A model generated the notes under the pieces. That model was not told the origin of the DNA and did no database searches. It saw nothing but the letters and a program-made list of their open reading frames with translations. From Roseiflexaceae bacterium UBA965 (GTDB taxonomy: Bacteria; Chloroflexota; Chloroflexia; Chloroflexales; Roseiflexaceae): a stretch of 46,209 bases of DNA. The position numbers and the translations under genes are program-made. How positions within the stretch are numbered: the stretch's first letter is position 1; each line of letters begins with the position of its first letter. Location of the stretch: assembly GCA_002292925.1 (NCBI GenBank), contig DBCF01000015.1:1-46209 (forward strand). The letters run 5' to 3'. Below, one piece after another: positions 1 to 7,696 of this stretch.

Positions 1-629
1 ACGGTAGATGTGCGGGTGACGGTAGCGGTACGTGTAGGAGTTGGAGCGGTCCCCACTGCAATGGTCAGACCTTCCATCAGACTGCCTGCGGCAGGATATC
101 CCGTTGCCGTAGGCAATATATATGCGATAACACCGGTGACGTTTTGAACTACATCAGGTCCTATATTTGGCTTGTTGCCTAGGAAATAAATGCTTCTCAG
201 TGCACTTGCCCCCCCGAACGCACTATTCCCGATGGATGTAACACTTGCCGGGATGGTGATGGTAGTCAGACCTACCTCACAGAACGAACAAAAACCGATG
301 GATGTGAGTTGGCTGCCGGCTACAAAGGTGACAGAAGTGAGCGTTCTGGTACCAGAAAACGAACCCGTCTTGATTGACGTCACACTTGCCGGGATGGTAA
401 TCGCCGTGATGGCGGCACTACCGAATGCAAGATCCCCGATGGATGTGACACCTGCCGGAATCATGACAGTGCCAGTACAGGAATTATTACCGGTAACCTC
501 ATTGTCGGTTATCGTAAATGTGCCACTAATCGAACATGCCTCGGTCGTTGTTGCTGCCTGTACCACATTGCCATTCAACCCAAGCAACATAATACTAATC
601 AGAAGCATCGTTAATACTCGGTAACTCAC
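1..629 (-). CDS. Secreted BspA-like leucine-rich-repeat protein, N-terminal part (3' end lies beyond the left edge)
   Basis: Missing from the supplied track because it has no stop codon in the window. My minus-strand translation from GTG 629..627 (AAAGGAG 5 nt upstream) gives a signal-like MSYRVLTMLLISIMLLGLNGNVVQA. This is followed by repeated units IPAGVTSIGDLAF / ITIPASVTSIKTGSF / ITIPASVTSIGNSAF typical of BspA/LRR_5 repeats, then a T/P-rich tail open to position 1. The listed + ORF 190..624 is its antisense shadow. Confidence 0.8.
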   Translation of the reverse strand, partial: MSYRVLTMLLISIMLLGLNGNVVQAATTTEACSISGTFTITDNEVTGNNSCTGTVMIPAGVTSIGDLAFGSAAITAITIPASVTSIKTGSFSGTRTLTSVTFVAGSQLTSIGFCSFCEVGLTTITIPASVTSIGNSAFGGASALRSIYFLGNKPNIGPDVVQNVTGVIAYILPTATGYPAAGSLMEGLTIAVGTAPTPTRTATVTRTST

Positions 630-1120
630 TGTTTCTCCTTTACAATGATTACTATAGCTTGCTGTTCCGAGAATTAGTTTCCCCAAAATATCCCAAAATA
701 ACATTTATTATTCGAGATAAACAGTTATAATATTACACAAATTCAGATTTGTTATTTGTGTTAATTGTAAATATTATATAAATCTTGCATTTTTCAATAG
801 CAAGATTACATTCTAGAAATAATCATTTACCGGAATCGCCCAGCAACTATGAAATGCGGGCATAGCGGCGGCTCAATTATTTCGTGCATGACTACACGCT
901 TCCTCCTTCGCATACTGGTACTTAGTCATATCAATGCACCGCCACACAATCAACGAGCTGCCAAGATTAGCGTAGGTATTCTGTCTCATAAAAATAAAGC
1001 TGGTGCAATAAGAACAGTAACTGCAGAATCGTATAATGCCGTGTGATGATACGATTCCTGCGCGTCGTGGGTTTTTGTTGGTACAATTCTACTGAAATAC
1101 GAAATTTTAGGAGTTGTAAG

Positions 1121-2272
1121 ATGAGCCAAATAATATACGCCGACCACGCAGCCACCACGCCCCTCGCACCTGATGTACTTGCGGCCATGATGCCGTATCT
1201 GACGCAATATTATGGCAACGCCTCGAGTCCACATGCCATGGGGCAAGCCAGCCAAATTGCCGTCGATCGCGCCCGTGACGATGTCGCCAAAGTACTTGGC
1301 TGTACGTCGGCAGAAGTGGTGTTTACCGGCGGTGGATCCGAAGGGGACAACCTCGCCATCAAAGGGGCAGCATTGGCATACTTACAGGCACACGGCACCG
1401 CCCATGTGGTAGTGAGTGCCATCGAACACCACGCGGTGTTGCATGCTGCTGAGGCGTTGCAACGCCATGGAATCACCATGACCGTGGTGCCCGTCGATAG
1501 CACTGGGGTGGTCAGTGTGGCGGCAGTAGCGGCGGCGTTGCGCCCCGATACCGCCGTGGTGTCGGTGATGTATGCCAACAACGAAATCGGCACAATCGAG
1601 CCGATCAAAGAAATCGCGGCGTTGTGTAAATCACACCAGGTATTGTTTCATTGCGATGCAGTGCAAGCCACCGGATTGTTGCCACTCAACGTGCATGAGC
1701 TCGGCGTCGATATATTGACGATTACCGCGCATAAGTTTTATGGACCCAAAGGGGTGGGCGTGATGTATGTGCGCCGCGGCGCGGTGGTCTTCCCACAAAT
1801 CCATGGTGGCTCCCAAGAGCGCCGCCGTCGGGCTGGCACCGAAAACGTCGCGGGGATTGTAGGGCTCGCCACCGCCCTAACGCTTGCCGACGCCAAACGC
1901 GAGACAGAAGTCGCGCGGCTGACACCCCTGCGTGATGCCATGATTGCGGGCATCACGGGTGAGTTAAATGGTGTACGACTGACGGGCCACCCCACCCATC
2001 GGTTGGCCAACAATGCCAGTTTTGTCATCGATGGCATTGACGGTGACAGTTTGCTCATCATGCTCGATCAACGGGGGATTTGTGCATCGAGTGGCTCGGC
2101 CTGTACGAGTGGCTCACTCGAACCCTCACACGTGTTGTCGGCACTCGATGTGCTCGGCTCCGATTTACAGGCGGCCTTGCGTTTGACCCTCGGGCGTAGT
2201 ACCACGCACGCCGACGTTGAATTCATCGTCGCCCAAGTGGTGACTGTCGTGCAGTTATTACGTCAAGCATAA
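1121..2272 (+). CDS. Cysteine desulfurase, NifS/IscS family (class V aminotransferase)
   Basis: MSQIIYADHAATTPL... and HAMG motifs, PLP-lysine context ITAHKFYGPKG, and active-site loop SSGSACTSGSLEPSHVL. Start moved to ATG 1121 (TTAGGAG 7 nt upstream). The 26 upstream codons of track ORF 1043 have no family counterpart. Confidence 0.9.
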   Translation: MSQIIYADHAATTPLAPDVLAAMMPYLTQYYGNASSPHAMGQASQIAVDRARDDVAKVLGCTSAEVVFTGGGSEGDNLAIKGAALAYLQAHGTAHVVVSAIEHHAVLHAAEALQRHGITMTVVPVDSTGVVSVAAVAAALRPDTAVVSVMYANNEIGTIEPIKEIAALCKSHQVLFHCDAVQATGLLPLNVHELGVDILTITAHKFYGPKGVGVMYVRRGAVVFPQIHGGSQERRRRAGTENVAGIVGLATALTLADAKRETEVARLTPLRDAMIAGITGELNGVRLTGHPTHRLANNASFVIDGIDGDSLLIMLDQRGICASSGSACTSGSLEPSHVLSALDVLGSDLQAALRLTLGRSTTHADVEFIVAQVVTVVQLLRQA

Positions 2273-2361
2273 CAGTATACGACTGGATATTTTTTCTCTG
2301 TGAATTGCAGGTATACTATCAATATGAATTTGTGTTTACAAAAACAAAAGAGGAGCTGTCG

Positions 2362-2874
2362 ATGCGTAGTGTGTTGAGTCTGGCAATTCGCCGTGTGTTA
2401 GGGGTATTCGGGGTCATCCCAGCAGTGAGTGACAAAATTGATCAGATTGCTGATGCCGCAGTGGATAAGCTCGAAGAAACAATCCCGGCAGTGAAACAAA
2501 TCGATGACATGTTGGGAGCGACGTCAGAACGGAGTGCGAGTCCGGCAACAGGTTCAGCTAACGGAATCGGTGAGGCTGGTTTTAATAGTCAAGTATTGCA
2601 GTCCGATTTACCGGTATTGGTCGATTTTTGGGCGCCGTGGTGTGGTCCGTGCAAAGCAGTTTCACCAGTCCTCGAAGAGCTGGCTCAAGACTATGCAGGC
2701 AAAATCAACGTCGTCAAAATCAATATCGACGAAGATGCTGCATTATCTGACACATACAACGTGCAGTCGATTCCCACGATTGTTTTTTTCAAAAACGGGA
2801 GCGAAGTATCACGGAGCAGTGGCGTCAAAACAAAACTGCAATTCCAACGTGATATCGAAGCAGCCATCGCGTAG
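2362..2874 (+). CDS. trxA: Thioredoxin (WCGPC) with a ~65-residue N-terminal extension
   Basis: VLVDFWAPWCGPCK active site and thioredoxin fold through ...IPTIVFFKNG. ATG 2362 is preceded by AAGAGGAG. The N-terminal MRSVLSLAIRRVLGVFGVIPAV is hydrophobic/amphipathic. Confidence 0.85.
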   Translation: MRSVLSLAIRRVLGVFGVIPAVSDKIDQIADAAVDKLEETIPAVKQIDDMLGATSERSASPATGSANGIGEAGFNSQVLQSDLPVLVDFWAPWCGPCKAVSPVLEELAQDYAGKINVVKINIDEDAALSDTYNVQSIPTIVFFKNGSEVSRSSGVKTKLQFQRDIEAAIA

Positions 2875-2902
2875 GCAACACCAATAATAGCTGGCAGGCA
2901 AC

Positions 2903-2932
2903 GAGGGTGGGGCATGACAATGCCTCACCCTC
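2903..2932. terminator. Hairpin between convergent trx and yigZ (13-bp stem with one G-T pair, 4-nt loop)
   Basis: gagggtggggcat-gaca-atgcctcaccctc, followed by an A/T-rich run on the + strand. It overlaps the yigZ stop codon. Confidence 0.5.
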
Positions 2933-3527
2933 AAATTATTTCTATCTGACCAGCAGTCTGTTCGATCAGCGTGTGCTGGATCGTGCCGACATCGGCAACC
3001 CGCAAAGTCACCGTCATGGTAACATCGGCGGCGAATTGTTCGTCGTCGATGCGATGGTCGTATTGGGCGAGGGTACGTTTGACCCCGTCGTATTGGGCAT
3101 AGCTCATCACCAGCACACATTGCTGGCGGGCGATTTTTTCGACACGGGCGGTGATGAGGAGCACTTCGCGCACTGCATCACCGTAGGCATGCACGAGGCC
3201 GCCGGTACCGAGGAGCGTGCCGCCAAAATAGCGGGTAACTACCACCACCGCATCACCAAGGCCACTGCCGTTGAGTACGGCAAGGGCCGGGCGTCCTGCG
3301 GTGCCCGACGGCTCGCCGTCGTCACTCATACCGAGGGTGGTGGTGGCGCCATGCCCGATGACATAGGCATAGACATGGTGCGAAGCGTCGGGCATGGCGT
3401 GGCGGATTGACGCAATAAACGCCTTGGCCTGTACCACACTATCGACCGGCGCGAGGTGCGCAATAAACCGTGAATTGCTGGCCCTGATTTCGCACGAGGC
3501 GGCCTCAGCAGGGATAAAATTGGCCAT
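2931..3527 (-). CDS. yigZ: YigZ / IMPACT-family protein (UPF0029 plus DUF1949-like C-terminal domain)
   Basis: HHVYAYVIG...DDGEPSGTAGRPAL..L...GL.DAVVVVTRYFGGTLLGTGGLV is the conserved IMPACT-family core. Confidence 0.85.
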   Translation of the reverse strand: MANFIPAEAASCEIRASNSRFIAHLAPVDSVVQAKAFIASIRHAMPDASHHVYAYVIGHGATTTLGMSDDGEPSGTAGRPALAVLNGSGLGDAVVVVTRYFGGTLLGTGGLVHAYGDAVREVLLITARVEKIARQQCVLVMSYAQYDGVKRTLAQYDHRIDDEQFAADVTMTVTLRVADVGTIQHTLIEQTAGQIEII

Positions 3528-3548
3528 TACGGTGCCTTGGTGTACTAG

Positions 3549-5702
3549 TTATTTACGGATTATCTCGCCAGAAATCGGCAAGGTGAAACTAAATGTGCTA
3601 CCTTTGTTGACCACACTACTCGCCCACACCCGCCCCCCTTGAAGCTCGACCAGCCCTTTGACAATCGACAACCCCAGCCCGGTGCCACCGATGCTTTTGG
3701 TGTTGGAATTGTCGACGCGCATAAAGCGATCCCAGATGCGTTGCAGGTTTTCAGCGGTAATCCCGATGCCGTTGTCGCTGACACTGATACTCACAAAGCG
3801 CCCACTGGGGTGCATGTCGGGCAGTTCGGTGAGTTCACGCACACGCAACGTGATTTCACCACCGCTCGGGGAATATTTGGCGGCGTTGGTAAGCAGATTG
3901 GTGACGATTTGGCGGACACGCTCTTTGTCGGCATGCACGGGAGGCGTGTCACTGGGAATGTCGAGGGTAATGGTATGTGAATCAAAGATCGGTTGCCGTT
4001 GTAGTTGACGACTCAAGTCGGTGCAGAGCTCATGCAATGGTACGGTCCAGCGATTAATCCGCATCGTATTGGCTTCAATACGGGCAAAATCAAGCACATC
4101 GTTGACGAGATTCTCGAGATTTTCAGCTTCACGACGCAAGATTTTGAGAAAACTTTTTTGGTCTTCGGCGGGGAATTCGCGGGCCAACAACAAATCGGAG
4201 TAGCCCAAAATCGACGTTAGTGGTGTTTTGAGTTCGTGTGACACCATCGACGTAAATTCGCTTTTGAGGCGATCGGCTTCTTTTTCACGCGTCAAATCAT
4301 TAATCACCCACAAACGCCCCGTGATTTGTTCGTTGCTATCGCGGGTAGGCACCGACAGCACGTTGAGGTCTTGGTGGGGGTTACGCAATTTGAGGTTGAG
4401 CGAAAACTCTTGGTCGGGTTTGGCTTGGCCGTTGGCACAAAAATCACTAAACGCTGCCGAATCATGGAAGCGCGGTAACAGCAGACTAAGCAAATCAAAC
4501 GGCACCCGAAAGTTGGCGTTGACTTGGGCGTGGTGCAATCCCCAAATCAGCAAGAACGATGGATTATGGCGGAGCACTTGGCCATGGCGATCAATCAGCA
4601 CCAGCCCCGAAGGGATGCTGTTGAAGACCTGGCTGAGTTGGGTGCTCCGCTCGAGCATTTCTTGGTAGCGCAAAGCGCGGCGCAACGGTTGTACCGCGGC
4701 TTCAGCCACGCCCAGCGCCATGGCTGATTCGTTGTCGCCAAAGGCGTTGGCGCGAGTACTATCGAGGATGAGTACGGCTTCAGCCCGGCCATCGACAGTA
4801 ATTGGGATGGCGATTTTGGCGCGGATTTCGGGTTTGGTTTCATAAAAATAATCGACGTCTTGGGTGACTTCGCGGATGAGCAATGAGCGGGCACTGCGGG
4901 CCACTTTGCCCGCGATGCCACTTTCCCAGCTCCAGCGGTGGCGTTTGAGTTCACCACTGATGTCGGGTAGTTGGGTGACGGTATAGCCGTGGGTGGCGAC
5001 GAGCTCGATTTCTTGGCGGTCATGGTCGACATAGACGATGCTACCCGCTTCGGCACCGGTATAGTCGATCCCCCGTGACAACACCAAGGGCAACAGACTA
5101 TGGAGCGGCAACGGTGGGTCGAAGTCTTGGCGGAGCCGCGAAAGTAATTGGGCTAAGTCGAGGTGTTTACTAAACGTCAATACCGCCTGATCGTCTGGTT
5201 GAATGCCCTCATCGGGGAGCGCAGCAATGGCATGGTCGATTTCGGCAGCAAGCAACGGCGTAATCGCATCAATCGTTAGTTGGTCAGCGGGGGCCAATAG
5301 GTCGTTTTCGGCGGTACGGAATTCGAGCACGCCCCAAACGTGATTTTGCCAGCGCACGGGTATGCCATGCACGACCATCGTTTTGGCGATGACTTCGCCA
5401 TTGGTCTGCGCGATACTAATCGTCGTGGTGTGTTGGGACGGCAAGGCAGATGCCACCACCGCAGTAACGACATCATCGTCCCACGGGGCATTCCAGGTGG
5501 CATTGGTCATCACATGGAGCGGGGTTTTGTGGAGCTCGGGATCACGCCAGTAGGTCAACCGCCCATCGTGATAGCTTACCACTGCGCGCAATAACCCAAA
5601 GACTTGCTCGATGCGCGTATTAAATGGTTGTGTCGTCGCTAACGCTTTGACACATGCCGAAATTACATGGAGATGTGGTGGGGTAAGGGGAATGGTTGAC
5701 AT
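3549..5702 (-). CDS. Cytoplasmic sensor histidine kinase (GAF-GAF-PAS-HisKA-HATPase_c)
   Basis: H-box SHELKTPLTSILGYSDLL, N-box LLTNAAKYSP, and G-boxes DNGIGI and GGTGLGLSIVK. No predicted transmembrane segment. A 21-nt gap to yigZ suggests co-transcription. Confidence 0.9.
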   Translation of the reverse strand: MSTIPLTPPHLHVISACVKALATTQPFNTRIEQVFGLLRAVVSYHDGRLTYWRDPELHKTPLHVMTNATWNAPWDDDVVTAVVASALPSQHTTTISIAQTNGEVIAKTMVVHGIPVRWQNHVWGVLEFRTAENDLLAPADQLTIDAITPLLAAEIDHAIAALPDEGIQPDDQAVLTFSKHLDLAQLLSRLRQDFDPPLPLHSLLPLVLSRGIDYTGAEAGSIVYVDHDRQEIELVATHGYTVTQLPDISGELKRHRWSWESGIAGKVARSARSLLIREVTQDVDYFYETKPEIRAKIAIPITVDGRAEAVLILDSTRANAFGDNESAMALGVAEAAVQPLRRALRYQEMLERSTQLSQVFNSIPSGLVLIDRHGQVLRHNPSFLLIWGLHHAQVNANFRVPFDLLSLLLPRFHDSAAFSDFCANGQAKPDQEFSLNLKLRNPHQDLNVLSVPTRDSNEQITGRLWVINDLTREKEADRLKSEFTSMVSHELKTPLTSILGYSDLLLAREFPAEDQKSFLKILRREAENLENLVNDVLDFARIEANTMRINRWTVPLHELCTDLSRQLQRQPIFDSHTITLDIPSDTPPVHADKERVRQIVTNLLTNAAKYSPSGGEITLRVRELTELPDMHPSGRFVSISVSDNGIGITAENLQRIWDRFMRVDNSNTKSIGGTGLGLSIVKGLVELQGGRVWASSVVNKGSTFSFTLPISGEIIRK

Positions 5703-5918
5703 GATATATACTCAATTGACACTATAAATGCTGTGTAGGTGAATACATTGTAGACGGCATATTCCCGCATTGTCAACGTAGTTTATTTTATAAAAATTAC
5801 AAATTGCCGTTTGTATCATTGCTACCCCAAATGCTGGTTTGTAATGCAAGATGACAAATTCGTGAATTCTGGTACTATTAGAGATTATGAGATACAGCCG
5901 TGATTTTGGCGTTCAGAG

Positions 5919-6911
5919 GTGAGGATGATGATGAAGCGATTATTTGCAGTATTGATGGTGTTGGTGTTGACTGCGTGTGCCAGTACACCAGCTGCGCCAG
6001 AAGCGGGTACACTGAAAACTATACGGATTGGCTATGTGCCGGTGTTGATTTATGCACCATTATATGTTGGCATCGAACGCGGCTATTTTGCCGCCGAAGG
6101 TATCACCATTGAATCAACCCCCATCCAAGGTGGCAGTGATGCCGTAGTACAACTCGCCGCCGGCAACTTTGATGCCGCAATGGGTGGGGCTGGCGCAGGG
6201 TTGTTCAATGCAGCAGCCCGGGGCGTCAAGTTTTCGATTGTGGCTCCTATGCACAGCGAAAAGCCCCCCATCACCAGCCCGCTGGTAATTAGTGCGGCTC
6301 GCAAAGACGAAATCACCAAAGTTGCTGACCTCAAGGGCAAAAAAGTCGCCATCAATGCCAATGGTGCTGCCACCGAATATTGGTTGAACGAAGCACTCGG
6401 GCAAGGTGGCTTGACCATCGATGATGTCGAATTGATGACGGTACCTTTCAAAGATGTACCAGCAGCCTTGGCCAACAATTCAATCGACGCCGCCATCCTT
6501 GGCGAGCCACTGGCCACCATCGCGATGGACAAAGGTCAAGTCGCGATTTTGTCCAACAATTTCATCAATAGCTTTCATGCCACCTACCTATATATGGGTG
6601 AATCATTGTTGGCAGACCAACCCTCCGCCCAAGGCTTCATGCGGGCTTACCTCAAGGCCTGTGCCGACTTGCAGGGTGATTATATGTCACCCGAATTAGC
6701 CGCCATCATGGAAAAATATACCAAGGTGCCAGCAGATGTAGTAATGCGCGCTGCGACAGCCCAATACGATGCCACGGGCACAATCCCCGTGAATGATTTG
6801 GATGCGTTGCAACGCTACTTCCGCAAACGCGGTTTGTTGGAATACGACCAAGATCTCGATATTGCGACATTAATGAATACCGACTTGGTGGCGAGCGTCA
6901 CCGGAAAGTAG
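5919..6911 (+). CDS. ABC transporter substrate-binding lipoprotein, NMT1/THI5-like (NitT/TauT family)
   Basis: Signal peptide plus lipobox VLVLTAC, and SsuA/NMT1-like body (IRIGYVPVLIYAPLYV...). The start is ambiguous between GTG 5919 and ATG 5925/5928/5931. The GAGG at 5921-5924 favours the later ATGs. Confidence 0.85.
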   Translation: MRMMMKRLFAVLMVLVLTACASTPAAPEAGTLKTIRIGYVPVLIYAPLYVGIERGYFAAEGITIESTPIQGGSDAVVQLAAGNFDAAMGGAGAGLFNAAARGVKFSIVAPMHSEKPPITSPLVISAARKDEITKVADLKGKKVAINANGAATEYWLNEALGQGGLTIDDVELMTVPFKDVPAALANNSIDAAILGEPLATIAMDKGQVAILSNNFINSFHATYLYMGESLLADQPSAQGFMRAYLKACADLQGDYMSPELAAIMEKYTKVPADVVMRAATAQYDATGTIPVNDLDALQRYFRKRGLLEYDQDLDIATLMNTDLVASVTGK

Positions 6912-6919
6912 GCGCGGTA

Positions 6920-7696
6920 ATGGACAGCGGTGTAGTTGTCGATTTTGCGCATCTAGGGGTCACCTACGCCAATGGCGTGGTGGCCCTTTCTGACCTTTCA
7001 TTGACCATTGCCGCCGATCAAGCGGTATGCGTGGTGGGTCCGAGTGGCTGCGGCAAAACGACCTTATTGCGGGTATTGGCGGGACTCGAACGTGCCACCC
7101 AGGGTGGTGTGCAGCTTTCGCGTCCGGCCACATTGGCCATGGTATTTCAGCAAGGCTTGCTCTTTCCGTGGTTGTCGGTGGCAGAAAATATCAGCTATGG
7201 GCTAATGACTCGGGGCGCAACCCCGCCCCAATGCCGAGCAGCGGCGCGCGAATGGAGCGAGCGGATGGGGTTGCAACGCTTTATTGATGCCTACCCCCAT
7301 CAATTATCGGGGGGGATGCAACAACGGGTGGGTTTGGCACGGGCACTCGCCGTCAACCCCGATGTATTGTTGCTCGACGAACCATTTGCAGCCCTCGATG
7401 CCCAGACCCGGGTATTGATGCAAGAATTACTGGTTGATTTGCGCCGCCAAGGGTTGTGTCGCAGTTTGTTGTTGGTGACCCATGCCATCGACGAAGCGTT
7501 GTTGGTCGGCGACAGGGTGGTGGTGCTGTCGGCGCGGCCGGGGCGGATTATTGCTGACGTGACGCCGCAGGTGGCCCACAGCCAGAGTTTCGACGAAATT
7601 CGGGCACAGCCGGCCTTTATGCAGGCTTTTACGACGATTTGGCAACTCATCCGCCACGAAGTCGAAGCGCAATTGCGTGAGGAGGTCATACTATGA
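6920..7696 (+). CDS. ABC transporter ATP-binding protein (NitT/TauT family)
   Basis: Walker A GPSGCGKTT, signature LSGGMQQRV, Walker B LLLDEPF. The stop overlaps the next start (ATGA), implying translational coupling. Confidence 0.9.
   Translation: MDSGVVVDFAHLGVTYANGVVALSDLSLTIAADQAVCVVGPSGCGKTTLLRVLAGLERATQGGVQLSRPATLAMVFQQGLLFPWLSVAENISYGLMTRGATPPQCRAAAREWSERMGLQRFIDAYPHQLSGGMQQRVGLARALAVNPDVLLLDEPFAALDAQTRVLMQELLVDLRRQGLCRSLLLVTHAIDEALLVGDRVVVLSARPGRIIADVTPQVAHSQSFDEIRAQPAFMQAFTTIWQLIRHEVEAQLREEVIL

Noticed and set aside
190-624. 144-aa + strand ORF from the track
   Set aside because: It lies entirely antisense to the minus-strand LRR gene, whose translation shows clear repeat-family signatures and a signal peptide. 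The + frame product has no recognisable features or RBS.
849-1046. 65-aa + ORF, and a 20-codon minus-strand mini-ORF with a GAAGGAGG-like site at about 860-925
   Set aside because: There is no family resemblance. The SD-start spacing of the mini-ORF is poor (~11 nt). I kept this only as part of the unexplained intergenic region finding.
1043-1120. N-terminal extensions implied by the track's longest ORFs: nifS 1043, trx 2305, purA 18633, grx 20393, typA 29538, BFN 30917, ccdA 35573, blaI-like 45152, oppD 36768 and dcd 41123
   Set aside because: In each case a downstream start has a proper Shine-Dalgarno sequence and coincides with the conserved family N-terminus. The extensions add residues with no counterpart in the family.
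5703-5918. Possible TPP riboswitch upstream of the NMT1/THI5-like ABC operon (by analogy with ThiXYZ)
   Set aside because: I could not find the conserved CTGAGA or ACCTGATCTGGATAATGCCAGC-type elements on the + strand. Only weak promoter-like hexamers are present.
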